A stretch of DNA of 36,639 nt from a virus, in the IMG/VR virus record IMGVR_UViG_3300021579_000004, positions 1 through 36,639 of that record; one strand, written 5' to 3'. The position numbers and the translations under genes are program-made. Below, one piece after another: positions 1-8,084 of the stretch (within the stretch, counting starts at the first letter, position 1; every line of letters starts with the position of its first letter). The notes under the pieces are model-generated. The model was not told the origin of the DNA. It did not search any database and was given only the letters and a program-made list of their open reading frames with translations.

Positions 1-127
1 AGAAACAAAGGCTTTCCCGCCTCTGACGAAAACCAATGTAACGCAACTAGCGTTACAAAAAGCGTACATGCGCGTTACGAAAACGTTACAGGTGCGTTAG
101 CTAGAGAAGAGAAGAGAAGAGAAGATA
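1..127. repeat. Terminal direct repeat identical to 36513..36639 (circular-contig overlap)
   Basis: The first 127 nt (agaaacaaaggctttccc...gaagagaagata) recur exactly as the last 127 nt. One ORF reads through the junction in frame. Confidence 0.95.
38..100 (+). promoter_or_regulatory. Candidate replication origin iterons (GCGTTAC-type repeats at ~11-bp phasing)
   Basis: GCGTTAC at 50-56 and 72-78, ACGTTAC at 83-89, GCGTTAG at 94-100, and degenerate GCGTAC at 62-67. An inverted GTAACGC at 38-44 forms a palindrome with 50-56. All lie inside the replication-initiator ORF. Confidence 0.55.
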
Positions 128-159
128 TAAAAGAAAAAGAAAAAGAGAAAAAAGAAAAG
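104..159 (+). repeat. Polypurine A-rich tract (GAGAA repeats, then A-runs) next to the iterons; candidate unwinding element
   Basis: agagaagagaagagaagagaagatataaaagaaaaagaaaaagagaaaaaagaaaag is almost pure A/G on the + strand. It encodes the charged linker REEKRREDIKEKEKEKKEKR. Confidence 0.5.
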
Positions 160-534
160 CGCGTTCGCGCTGCTGTGCCTGGCCGTCCCAGCTCTGTTCC
201 CGAATCCGTCTGGTCAGATTTTTTGGCTTTGCGGAAAGCCAAGCAGGCACCGTTGACGACGACAGCCCTGGGCAGCATCGAGCGCGAAGCTCGCAAGGCT
301 GGCATCTCGCTTACCAACGCCTTGACAGAGTGCTGCTCACGAGGATGGCGCGGATTTAAATCCGAATGGATAACAGAAAATAAAAAAGAATCTTTCCGAG
401 AACGTGACGAACGATTGGCAATGGATAAATACGAATCCATCACCGGTAAGATTCACCCAAACAGAATATCGCACGATGAACCAGAAATAATTGATTCATT
501 GCCTGATTATTTTTTGATTGGAAATGAATCATGA
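128..534 (+). CDS. Replication initiator / replisome organizer, 3' part (continues from 36177..36639 across the junction; 289 aa total)
   Basis: Frame 1 is open from nt 1 and in frame with the ATG at 36177. The C-terminal WSDFLALRKAKQAPLTTTAL...RGWRGFKSEW resembles DnaT-type C-terminal domains of lambdoid replication proteins. Confidence 0.7.
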
Positions 535-899
535 GCCTGCCAATGACATGGATTGACAAAATCTTCGAAAAGCTCACTTTGACCTACGGGCGAGAATTTG
601 TATCTCGTTGGGACAATTGCGGGATTCCAATCGCAGACGTTAAGGCAGATTGGGCGCATGAATTAGATGGATTTGAAAATCATGCTTATTGCATTAAACA
701 CGCTTTATCTAATTTAAATCCTGATAAGGCCCCAACAGTACTTCAATTTAAGGCTATTTGCCAGAAAGCACCACCACCAATTTTTAAATCCTTGCCACAA
801 CCCAAACCAGATCCAAACAAAGTAAAAGCAGAAATTGCAAAATTGAAATCCAAATTCACCACAACGAAAGCACACGACCATGACCAAAGACAAGATTGA
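531..899 (+). CDS. Lambda P-like replication protein (putative helicase loader), short form
   Basis: ATGA-coupled to the initiator gene. The segment DKAPTVLQFKAICQ resembles the PSPGQFVAWCR region of lambda P. Its position mirrors the O-P pair. Confidence 0.45.
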   Translation: MSLPMTWIDKIFEKLTLTYGREFVSRWDNCGIPIADVKADWAHELDGFENHAYCIKHALSNLNPDKAPTVLQFKAICQKAPPPIFKSLPQPKPDPNKVKAEIAKLKSKFTTTKAHDHDQRQD

Positions 900-1164
900 C
901 GCAAAGGCCCTAGGAGGAGATTGGTTCGATCAGGCGTCCACCATGCTACTGCTGTTCATAAAAACGCACCAAGGCCGTTTTAAGGCCGAACACGTGCGTG
1001 TTTGGGCTGAGGGGTGCGGCATGTCAGCGCCTCATGACCGTCGAGCATGGGGGAACGTGTTCAAGTCGGCAGAAAATGCAAAAATTATTTTTAGTTCAGG
1101 ATACGAGAAACAAGATTCACCTTCCTGTCATGGAAGCCCTAAAAACGTTTGGAAGAAAGCATAA
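880..1164 (+). CDS. Hypothetical protein (replication-module associated)
   Basis: 94-aa ORF in the operon. The motif RAWGNVFKSAENAKII recurs in small proteins next to phage or plasmid replication genes. Confidence 0.5.
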   Translation: MTKDKIDAKALGGDWFDQASTMLLLFIKTHQGRFKAEHVRVWAEGCGMSAPHDRRAWGNVFKSAENAKIIFSSGYEKQDSPSCHGSPKNVWKKA

Positions 1165-1166
1165 TC

Positions 1167-1400
1167 ATGAATGAATCAGCATTTCCTCTTGAAAATCAAA
1201 TTGCAGGCAATCATTACAAGAATCTAAAAATTCAGCCTATCGAGTACATCCATGCCAATGGAATTCCATTTGCAGAGGGCAGCATCATTAAATATGTGAC
1301 GCGCTGGAGAGATAAAGGTGGGATTCAGGATTTAGAGAAGGCAAAGCATTTTATTGAGATGCTGATTATTTTGGAATCACGCAATGATGAAAAATGCTGA
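1167..1400 (+). CDS. DUF3310-family protein
   Basis: GNHYKNLKIQPIEYI...GSIIKYVTRWRDKGGIQDLEKAKHFIEML matches the DUF3310 signature. The ATG at 1167 follows the upstream stop. Confidence 0.75.
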   Translation: MNESAFPLENQIAGNHYKNLKIQPIEYIHANGIPFAEGSIIKYVTRWRDKGGIQDLEKAKHFIEMLIILESRNDEKC

Positions 1401-1837
1401 TTTATGGCGTAGACCCAGGTAAAAATTGCGGGGTTGCAGTTTTTGAAGATTACAAGCTTACCAAGCTATTCACACTGCCCCCACTCAAATTGATGAGCTT
1501 CATTCAAGACACAAAACCAGACATTGTGTTTTATGAAGATTCAAGACTTCAATCTGTTGTCTTTAATCGAGGTGTGAATAGATTGTCTATGCTCAAGATT
1601 GCCAGGAACATCGGAGAGGTAGACGGCTACTGCGGCCTGATTGTTGGCGCTTGCGCCGATGCTGGATCCGTAGCCAATGGGATAAGCCCGAAGGCCAAGG
1701 GCCCCAAGCTGGACGCCGAAACGTTCAAGCGCATCACAAAGTGGGTAGATCTATCGAACCAGCATGAGCGTGATGCAGCTATGGTTGTCTTTCGGATGAT
1801 GAGAAATAGTAGGGTAAACACCAATCCATCGAACTAA
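1394..1837 (+). CDS. RuvC-like Holliday junction resolvase
   Basis: N-terminal LIYGVDPGKNCGVAVF (catalytic Asp motif), then VFYEDSR and a C-terminal QHERDAAMV; this is a RuvC/RNase H-fold pattern. Confidence 0.7.
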   Translation: MLIYGVDPGKNCGVAVFEDYKLTKLFTLPPLKLMSFIQDTKPDIVFYEDSRLQSVVFNRGVNRLSMLKIARNIGEVDGYCGLIVGACADAGSVANGISPKAKGPKLDAETFKRITKWVDLSNQHERDAAMVVFRMMRNSRVNTNPSN

Positions 1838-1886
1838 AAACATGGCCGTTCTGGCCATACAATCACATCACCACATTGGAGGAATA

Positions 1887-2642
1887 ATGGAAATCATTCA
1901 GCACGACATTGATACACATCTTGCGCCAACATCTGGCCACGCTAGTTCGCTATCCCTTCGCCAGGACAGTCCAGCCGCGATCATGCTCCAAGCCTTGCAG
2001 CATGGAACATCCATCGAGCAGATCGAGAAGATCATGGACTTACAGGAGCGGTGGGAGCGCAACGAAGCGGCCAAGCAATACAGTGCAGCGTTTGCCGCAT
2101 TCAAGGCCGAGGCAGTCGTCATCATCAAAGGGCGCAAGGTTACAGACGGCCCACTGAAAGGCCGTTCTTATGCCGAACTTCACGACATTGTGGACGCTGT
2201 GACGCCTGCACTATCTAAGCATGGTCTTAGCGCTTATTGGAAGGTGAGCCGAGATGAGCCCGGATGGATAGAGGTTACTTGCTCGATCAAGCATGTGGGC
2301 GGACACTCGGAGTCGGTCAGCATGGGCGGGCCTCCTGATGCTGGAGGTGCCAAGAACTCGATTCAGGCACGAGCCAGTACGATCACCTACCTGGAGCGCT
2401 ACACACTCAAAGCGATTGCGGGCATGGCCGAGGTTGACGACGATACAGATGGCAACGCACCAGGCAATGACAACCACTTGGCTGATTGGCTGGCGTCGAT
2501 TGATGCAGCACAGACCGAGCAAGAATTGAAAGCCATTCGCCGAGAGGCTGGAGCGTCATTCACCAAGCGTAAGGATGTGCCAGGCTATGCGAAGTTTGCA
2601 GCAGCAGCTACTGCCCGCGAAAAAGCACTGAAAGCGGCATAG
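1887..2642 (+). CDS. erf: ERF-family single-strand annealing recombinase
   Basis: YAELHDIVDAVTPALSKHGL...HVGGHSE...SIQARASTITYLERYTLKAIAGMAEVDDDTDGN is typical of ERF. A GGAGG RBS lies upstream of the ATG at 1887. Confidence 0.8.
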   Translation: MEIIQHDIDTHLAPTSGHASSLSLRQDSPAAIMLQALQHGTSIEQIEKIMDLQERWERNEAAKQYSAAFAAFKAEAVVIIKGRKVTDGPLKGRSYAELHDIVDAVTPALSKHGLSAYWKVSRDEPGWIEVTCSIKHVGGHSESVSMGGPPDAGGAKNSIQARASTITYLERYTLKAIAGMAEVDDDTDGNAPGNDNHLADWLASIDAAQTEQELKAIRREAGASFTKRKDVPGYAKFAAAATAREKALKAA

Positions 2643-2702
2643 GGAAAACACCTATAAATTTTTTGGGCCGGATGAAATTTTGGCCCGAAAAACACCGATA
2701 AT
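2642..2702 (+). promoter_or_regulatory. Conserved intergenic motif plus candidate sigma70-like promoter (copy A)
   Basis: GGGAAAACACCTATAAATTTTTTG lies immediately after the erf stop codon. It is followed by ATGAAA (2672-2677), 19 nt, then GATAAT (2697-2702). The same architecture occurs at 30424..30485. Confidence 0.35.
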
Positions 2703-2725
2703 TGAGTCACCACAAAGGAAGCGAT

Positions 2726-3028
2726 ATGACAGACAAACCGATGTTTTATCCATGGGGCCACGAGAAAGTACTAATCGATGGCGTCGAGCAGCCGACCTAT
2801 TTCAAGATTGAAGGCGGTCGAGGTTATTTTGATCCAGAAAATCCTGAACTTGGATTTGGCATTTATGGCTTTATGCCTCCTGAGGTCGCAAAGATTCTCG
2901 GCAACTCAAACGGATATAAATTCGCTCTTGAACAACTGCTTGATGTTGTCAAGCGGGAAATGCCTGACGATTATTGGACAAAAGACTTGTACGACGCGAT
3001 TGCAGACGCTCACACGGCGCTGATGTAA
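2726..3028 (+). CDS. Hypothetical protein
   Basis: AGGAAG RBS before the ATG at 2726. 100-aa ORF lying between erf and the exonuclease gene. Confidence 0.6.
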   Translation: MTDKPMFYPWGHEKVLIDGVEQPTYFKIEGGRGYFDPENPELGFGIYGFMPPEVAKILGNSNGYKFALEQLLDVVKREMPDDYWTKDLYDAIADAHTALM

Positions 3029-3681
3029 TGAAAGACTATCAATTCAGGCCGTCATCAGTTGGCAAATTGATGACAGAGCCAAAAACAAAAAGTGAAGGAC
3101 CGTTATCTGCTGGCGCTAAAACATATATTCGAGAGCTTGCAGCTCAATATATTTTTGGCGTTGATTTTGAAATTGAATCAAAGTATCTAGACAAAGGGAT
3201 TATCTGCGAACAACAGAGCATTGATTTGCTAAATGATGTTCGCGGATTGTATCTTGTCAAAAATGCAGAGCGAAGAACTAATGAATATCTCAATGGCGAG
3301 TGCGATTTGTTTGATTCATCAAGAAATATCGGACACGATATAAAGACATCATGGTCTTTGCAGACATTTCCAATCCTGGAGCGCGACTGTCACGACAAGT
3401 TATATGAATGGCAGATGAGAGCGTACATGATGCTATGGGATGCAAATGAATGGGAGATTAACTATTGCATGATCAATACACCAGAGGATTTGATTAAGTT
3501 CGAGCCATTGGAATTGCATGTAGTTGACCATATTCCAAAAGAGCATCGAGTAACAACCTGGGTTATTCAGCGTGAAAAAGAAAAAGAGGAAATGATGAAA
3601 GAAAAAATCATTTTTGCACGCGAATACATGCAGCAAGTTTTTAAAGAATTCGATTCAACCCACAAAGCGCTAACCTTTTAA
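3028..3681 (+). CDS. PD-(D/E)XK recombination exonuclease (YqaJ/lambda Exo-like partner of ERF)
   Basis: TAATG-coupled start. GECDLF...IGHDIKTSW gives a D...D-x-K nuclease motif. FRPSSVGKLMT at the N-terminus and the position beside an SSAP fit this call. Confidence 0.7.
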   Translation: MKDYQFRPSSVGKLMTEPKTKSEGPLSAGAKTYIRELAAQYIFGVDFEIESKYLDKGIICEQQSIDLLNDVRGLYLVKNAERRTNEYLNGECDLFDSSRNIGHDIKTSWSLQTFPILERDCHDKLYEWQMRAYMMLWDANEWEINYCMINTPEDLIKFEPLELHVVDHIPKEHRVTTWVIQREKEKEEMMKEKIIFAREYMQQVFKEFDSTHKALTF

Positions 3682-3697
3682 CCAAAGAAAGACATAA

Positions 3698-3862
3698 ATG
3701 GACAATTTTGCAATTAATCTTTTCTTGACTGTTGAACAGATGAATAAGATTCTGACAGGCCTGAGTTTGATGCCTTATCGTGAATCCGTCGATTTGATTC
3801 AAATGCTTAAGGCTGAAGGCGATCAGCAATTAAAAGAGCATCAACAAAAAACAGTTGATTGA
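3698..3862 (+). CDS. Small hypothetical protein (54 aa)
   Basis: ATG-to-TGA ORF (MDNFAINLFLTVEQMNKILTG...) below the ORF-track size cutoff. It fills an otherwise empty gap. Confidence 0.35.
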   Translation: MDNFAINLFLTVEQMNKILTGLSLMPYRESVDLIQMLKAEGDQQLKEHQQKTVD

Positions 3863-3863
3863 T

Positions 3864-3980
3864 ATGAGTGAATCAATATCAGCAATTTGTTTGACTGTCA
3901 TTATTGCTTATTGCACCATGTTCTATATGGATAACGCATTTTCAGCTAATGGCATGGGTTTGATTTTCATCATTCATTAA
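3864..3980 (+). CDS. Small hydrophobic protein (38 aa)
   Basis: MSESISAICLTVIIAYCTMFYM...GLIFIIH. It starts 1 nt after the previous stop and has one predicted TM segment. Confidence 0.3.
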   Translation: MSESISAICLTVIIAYCTMFYMDNAFSANGMGLIFIIH

Positions 3981-4057
3981 ATTTGCCGAAAGTCAACACA
4001 ATAGCCAGGGGTGGCGATTTGTGAAAATGATAAGTAGGCATTCTTCTAGAGGAAAAA

Positions 4058-4474
4058 ATGGCAAATATCTCAGGTGCATTTCGTATTGGCAAAGACGCAG
4101 AATTGCGAACCACACCGTCAGGTGATGGCGTTGTTTCGCTGGCGCTTGCGTTCAACTATGGCCGAAAGGGAGATGATGGCAAGAAGCCTTCTCAATGGAT
4201 TGAGGCTTCATTGTGGGGCAAGCTGGCAGAGGCTCTTGAGCCTTATTTGAAGAAGGGCGGCCAGATCTATGCGGTTATCACCGATCCGCACATCGTTCAA
4301 TTTGAGGGTAAGAATGGCCCAGGCAGCAAGCTCGTTGGCCGTATTACTGATATTGAATTGATTGGTGGCCGTTCGGTTGAATCTGCACCTGAGCCCGCTA
4401 CGAAACCCGTCCCAAAGCCTGCACCTAAGCCAAGCCGTCCGATCAATGATATTGATGATGATGTACCCTTCTGA
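4058..4474 (+). CDS. ssb: Single-stranded DNA-binding protein
   Basis: OB-fold N-terminus (GKDAELRTTPSGDGVVSLALAF...WIEASLWGKLAE), a Pro-rich linker and the acidic tip DDDVPF. Confidence 0.9.
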   Translation: MANISGAFRIGKDAELRTTPSGDGVVSLALAFNYGRKGDDGKKPSQWIEASLWGKLAEALEPYLKKGGQIYAVITDPHIVQFEGKNGPGSKLVGRITDIELIGGRSVESAPEPATKPVPKPAPKPSRPINDIDDDVPF

Positions 4475-4482
4475 GGTGAAAA

Positions 4483-4896
4483 ATGAACATTGATAAAGAA
4501 TGGATTGAAGCTAATTTGACGTTTGTTCAACGTCAAGTACACAGCGTAGCGGCTGGGTGCGGATGGTGGACCAACCTGGAGACGGGCGAGTCATTGCAAT
4601 GCAATATGCGTAAAGGCGAAAAGCCAAAGCGGAATGTTGCTGAGCTTCTTTGCTTGGTTCATTCCGAGATCAGCGAGGCGATGGAAGGTCACCGTAAGGG
4701 CCTGATGGATGACAAGCTACCCAAGCGACCCATGCTTGAAGTTGAACTCGCAGACGCTCTAATCCGAATCATGGACATGGCTGAAGGTCTTGGCCTTGAT
4801 CTGGGTGGCGCTGTGGCTGAAAAACTGTCCTACAACCTGAAGCGGGCGGACCATAAGCCAGAGAATCGCATGGCCGAAGGTGGAAAGAAATTCTAA
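4483..4896 (+). CDS. MazG-like nucleotide pyrophosphohydrolase
   Basis: LVHSEISEAMEG...EVELADALIRIMDMAEGLGLDLGGAVAEKLSYNLKRADH matches the all-alpha MazG metal-binding pattern (E-x2-E ... E-x2-D). Confidence 0.75.
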   Translation: MNIDKEWIEANLTFVQRQVHSVAAGCGWWTNLETGESLQCNMRKGEKPKRNVAELLCLVHSEISEAMEGHRKGLMDDKLPKRPMLEVELADALIRIMDMAEGLGLDLGGAVAEKLSYNLKRADHKPENRMAEGGKKF

Positions 4897-5171
4897 TGTC
4901 TGATGCTCAAAAATTCGTGACATATATGCAGTTTCAAAAGCTGCTATTCCGTATGCTTCCAGAATGGTCGCGTGATATGCCAGAGTCAAAACTAATTATC
5001 GCGATCATTGTTCAAGCCTGGACGGATGGAAATGAAATTCCATCGAAGCGATTTTTTGAGAATAGAAATGGGAATCTCGAGCGCCTTTGTGATGCGTGTG
5101 GTCTTGATTGGGAATCAATTCTAGAAATCTACCAAAATCACAATCAAGCTGCGCAAGAAGGCTATTTGTAA
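4896..5171 (+). CDS. Hypothetical protein
   Basis: TAATG-coupled 91-aa ORF within the operon. Confidence 0.55.
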   Translation: MSDAQKFVTYMQFQKLLFRMLPEWSRDMPESKLIIAIIVQAWTDGNEIPSKRFFENRNGNLERLCDACGLDWESILEIYQNHNQAAQEGYL

Positions 5172-5386
5172 TGAAATGCGCTCGCTGTAACCGTGAATTA
5201 GACAAGCCTGCGCTGCTGATTGGCAGCACAGCGATTGGCCCAAAATGCGTCAAGCTCATTGGCCTGAGCATTGATAAATTCAGATTCAGCGAGCGCGTTC
5301 GGTTTGCAATTAAGGCTTCGCACGCCGATAAGCCATCCAAAGACCAGATTGGGTTATTCGATGACGACAATCTTCATACTCAATGA
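5171..5386 (+). CDS. Hypothetical small Cys-containing protein
   Basis: TAATG-coupled start giving MKCARCNREL...GPKC, a possible zinc ribbon. The longer track ORF from 5108 overlaps the upstream gene. Confidence 0.5.
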   Translation: MKCARCNRELDKPALLIGSTAIGPKCVKLIGLSIDKFRFSERVRFAIKASHADKPSKDQIGLFDDDNLHTQ

Positions 5387-5753
5387 TGAAAAGCAGGCGC
5401 AGAATTTATGGCAAATGCTGCGCTGTAAATGGCGAATTATGGCGCAGAATGGCAAGCCATTATCTGTCACTGTTTCTGAATATAAAGATAAGCGCAGCCA
5501 GGAGCAAAACCGTTTGTACTGGGCGATGCTTGGAGAGATAGCGGAATCAGCAATTGTCAATGGCCAAAAATTCGGCGCTGAATCATGGCATGAGTTCTTT
5601 AAGCGGTATTACATCGGATGCGATGACTTGCCATGTGGCGGAGTAATTGGCATGTCAACTACCAAACTGAGCATTGTTGAGTTTTCGGAATACGTTGACA
5701 AAGTACAAGCCTATGCAGCTACAGAGCTAGGAATGTGGACAAGCCATGATTGA
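5361..5753 (+). CDS. ninB: NinB/Orf-family recombination mediator
   Basis: PLSVTVSEYKDKRSQEQNRLYWAMLGEIA...ESWHEFFKRYY matches the lambda NinB signature. Confidence 0.8.
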   Translation: MTTIFILNDEKQAQNLWQMLRCKWRIMAQNGKPLSVTVSEYKDKRSQEQNRLYWAMLGEIAESAIVNGQKFGAESWHEFFKRYYIGCDDLPCGGVIGMSTTKLSIVEFSEYVDKVQAYAATELGMWTSHD

Positions 5754-5970
5754 CACATACTCACAAGAATGGCGCAGGATATGCGAGGCTCGCTGGGTTA
5801 TCCGAGAGTGCGAAAACGAAGTCGAATACATGGCCGGAATCCTCAAAACTAGGGGTAAACACGGATGCAAAATGCTTGATGACGATGTGAAAATGCTCAG
5901 GCCGCTCATGGATCGATTCACAAAAAAAGTCGCGGCAGAATTGATCGAACATATGAAAAAGAAGGATTAA
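5746..5970 (+). CDS. Hypothetical protein
   Basis: 74-aa ORF overlapping the ninB end by 8 nt. It contains the motif EWRRICEARWV. Confidence 0.55.
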   Translation: MIDTYSQEWRRICEARWVIRECENEVEYMAGILKTRGKHGCKMLDDDVKMLRPLMDRFTKKVAAELIEHMKKKD

Positions 5971-5971
5971 T

Positions 5972-6328
5972 ATGGCATTGGTTCTAGGTTTATTGATGGG
6001 CGTATTTGCATGCTTGGCAATGTTTTATGCCTGGTTCAGCATGCACCACGACGAAAACATCCCGAGCGCATGCAATCGAAACTGCAATCAAGGTCGGCAA
6101 TGCTCCTGCCAGCCATTGCGCCAGGAATTCACTTTAGATGCGCCGCTGCCCTCTGATTACTCGCGCTGCAGCCCCACCGATCCTGATGCATTTTGCCGTA
6201 ATTGCAAGCGCTGGATGCAGCTGCCAGGCCAAACCATCACCGAACAAACTATCGTTTTCACGCACCCACTGAACAGTCTGGACAGTAGTTGTAGGTACAT
6301 CAGCGCAAACAATGGAGTGCGGAAATGA
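5972..6328 (+). CDS. Cys-rich membrane-anchored hypothetical protein
   Basis: N-terminal TM (LVLGLLMGVFACLAMFYAWF) followed by the CNRNCNQGRQCSC cysteine motif. Confidence 0.55.
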   Translation: MALVLGLLMGVFACLAMFYAWFSMHHDENIPSACNRNCNQGRQCSCQPLRQEFTLDAPLPSDYSRCSPTDPDAFCRNCKRWMQLPGQTITEQTIVFTHPLNSLDSSCRYISANNGVRK

Positions 6329-6564
6329 AAAAATGGAAAGACGGAACGATCAAAAGCACAGGCAACGCCTTTGACTGGAAGAACTACCGCGAAGGCGATT
6401 CCATCGTGTGTGACTTGCAAAACGGCGCATTGCATAGCATCCGGGCAAGCAAGGTCGTGAATGACAAGCGCATGAAGGGCGTTGATATTTCTCACATTAA
6501 TGGCTTGAGCAAGAAGCCGTCAGGCATCAAGAAGAATATGAAGGCATTTGTGGTAAAGCCATGA
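6325..6564 (+). CDS. Hypothetical protein
   Basis: ATGA-coupled 79-aa ORF. Confidence 0.5.
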   Translation: MKKWKDGTIKSTGNAFDWKNYREGDSIVCDLQNGALHSIRASKVVNDKRMKGVDISHINGLSKKPSGIKKNMKAFVVKP

Positions 6565-7019
6565 GGAAAAAATCCAAATACAAGCCGAAGCCTGTCATCA
6601 TGGACACCATGTCCCATGTGAAACTCGGCGTCACAAAAATCACGGCATTCACAACTGGGCTCCTAAACCTAAAGATCAAAAGCCACGGTTATATGCTTGA
6701 TTTGGTAGAAGGCAGAGCAACCAAAGACGATGTGATTATGTTGATGCAGTCCGTTAATGTGGCCGCTGCCATTGCCAAAAATGGTGTTGGAGAAGATCAC
6801 ATTGACGAATTCGTGGAGGCACAGCAAGCGTTAGTTGACATTGTGACGTATGGCGATGCACACAATGGCCAATATGTAGGCAGGCCACAGCAGCTAGCCG
6901 CCATCAGTCGAGCGCTTCAAATCCACGATGCCCAGCTAGGGCACATCACGGTCGCTGATTTTGACGAGGCTGTGAAGTATGTAAACAAGCACGTACTAGA
7001 AGCCAAAAAGAAGCTCTAA
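6561..7019 (+). CDS. Hypothetical protein (last gene of the + arm)
   Basis: ATGA-coupled 152-aa helical ORF with a basic N-terminus, MRKKSKYKPKPV. Function not recognised. Confidence 0.55.
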   Translation: MRKKSKYKPKPVIMDTMSHVKLGVTKITAFTTGLLNLKIKSHGYMLDLVEGRATKDDVIMLMQSVNVAAAIAKNGVGEDHIDEFVEAQQALVDIVTYGDAHNGQYVGRPQQLAAISRALQIHDAQLGHITVADFDEAVKYVNKHVLEAKKKL

Positions 7020-7168
7020 TACTGGTTGCGCTTTTGCTGGCGCAAGTCTTTGTATTTGTCGAAAATTTTCCCAAGTTCATCAGGAGTTCGAAAGCGCCGC
7101 ATTTTCCGGCGCTCTTCTTTTTCCTTAATGCGTTCCAAGTCTTCGATTCTGCGAAATGTACGAACCAT
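7016..7168 (-). CDS. Small highly charged protein (50 aa), uncertain
   Basis: Its ATG lies 1 nt after the endolysin stop. The product is MVRTFRRIEDLERIKEKEERRKMRRFRTPDELGKIFDKYKDLRQQKRNQY. It has no TM or lipobox and overlaps a hairpin. Confidence 0.3.
   Translation of the reverse strand: MVRTFRRIEDLERIKEKEERRKMRRFRTPDELGKIFDKYKDLRQQKRNQY
7026..7045. terminator. Hairpin at the convergence point of the two arms
   Basis: TTGCGC-ttttgctg-GCGCAA, followed on the + strand by a T-rich stretch (gtctttgtatttgtc). Confidence 0.35.
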
Positions 7169-7169
7169 G

Positions 7170-7613
7170 CTACACCATTGAGGCTTCGGTTTTTCTGCGG
7201 ATTGTCAGGCCTGGAAGTACTCGACCTCCGGCCTTGTTCCATTTCATAAGCTCTGCCGGGACGGATGCCCAATCGCCAGCATTGGCCCGTTTGCGTAGTG
7301 TGCTGGCCTTCAAATTTCCAGCGCCTAGATTGAAGGTGAAGTCAATCAGGGCCGCCAGCCTATCGGCATTGTCGATTCCTGGACATAGGCGCAGGACAGC
7401 GGGCAGGTAGACGGTTTTTACATGCCACTGCAACAGGGCCTCGGCACGTTCGCGGGTGATTGGAGGGTCAGTGAGTTGCACCCGGGTGCCATCTTCGTAA
7501 TGGGTGGCACCGATTCCGCATGTGACGATACCTGCTGGACAAATGTATGGCTTCAAATATACGCCCTCAAATCGGCGAATCATGGCACAGGCGATATCCA
7601 CCGCATCAGCCAT
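7170..7613 (-). CDS. Endolysin, GH24 (T4/lambda-type) lysozyme
   Basis: IRRFEGVYLKPYICPAGIVTCGIGAT carries the E...(D/C)...T catalytic pattern. FTFNLGAGNL and RRKTE motifs are also present. Confidence 0.9.
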   Translation of the reverse strand: MADAVDIACAMIRRFEGVYLKPYICPAGIVTCGIGATHYEDGTRVQLTDPPITRERAEALLQWHVKTVYLPAVLRLCPGIDNADRLAALIDFTFNLGAGNLKASTLRKRANAGDWASVPAELMKWNKAGGRVLPGLTIRRKTEASMV

Positions 7614-8077
7614 TACTTGCCCCGTTTTTGAAGGTTGCGGTCTGCCAAATAGATGCCAAGCGCGGCGCTACAAACGGCGGCCGCAAACTCTGTCAATACA
7701 ATCAACTTGAATTCAGATAGCGTCATCATTGCAATAGCCCAGGTTGCCACGCCAGGGCGAATCGTCGCATTCCACGCATCCACCCAGGCGATGCCGATGC
7801 GGGTTGTGGTTCCCTTTACAGCCTCAAGCCATCCCTGCGCCTCTAGCTCGTTGATGGCTGCCTCGGCCTGCACTTGGATGGTTTTGACGCCTAAGTCGGC
7901 CTGTACCTTAATTGCCTCCAGATTTCGAGCATGTTGCGCCGCCTCTAGCTCGCCCTGCAAGCGCATGCGATCAATCTCGTGGGAATGCTCTTGCTTGGCA
8001 GTCATCCAAGCTGCAATTTCCCCCCAAAGCATGCGAAAGACTGAGCCACCGAGAAAAGAGATAAGGGCAGATAACAT
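7613..8077 (-). CDS. Holin-like membrane protein (GTA-type 3-TM holin / DUF3154-like)
   Basis: TAATG-coupled to the endolysin. It has an N-terminal hydrophobic segment, a coiled middle (LEAAQHARNLEAIKVQADL) and C-terminal TMs (WNATIRPGVATWAIAMM...). Confidence 0.6.
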   Translation of the reverse strand: MLSALISFLGGSVFRMLWGEIAAWMTAKQEHSHEIDRMRLQGELEAAQHARNLEAIKVQADLGVKTIQVQAEAAINELEAQGWLEAVKGTTTRIGIAWVDAWNATIRPGVATWAIAMMTLSEFKLIVLTEFAAAVCSAALGIYLADRNLQKRGK

Positions 8078-8084
8078 TGAATCC

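Noticed and set aside
1-127. Terminal repeats as prophage att sites or LTR-like ends of a mobile element
   Set aside because: A single ORF continues in frame through the joined ends and no integrase is present. The exact 127-nt length fits an assembly overlap on a circular molecule.
75-443. 122-aa - strand ORF at the window start
   Set aside because: It is antisense to the junction-spanning replication gene and is partly a translation of the polypurine tract (FSFFSFSFSF...).
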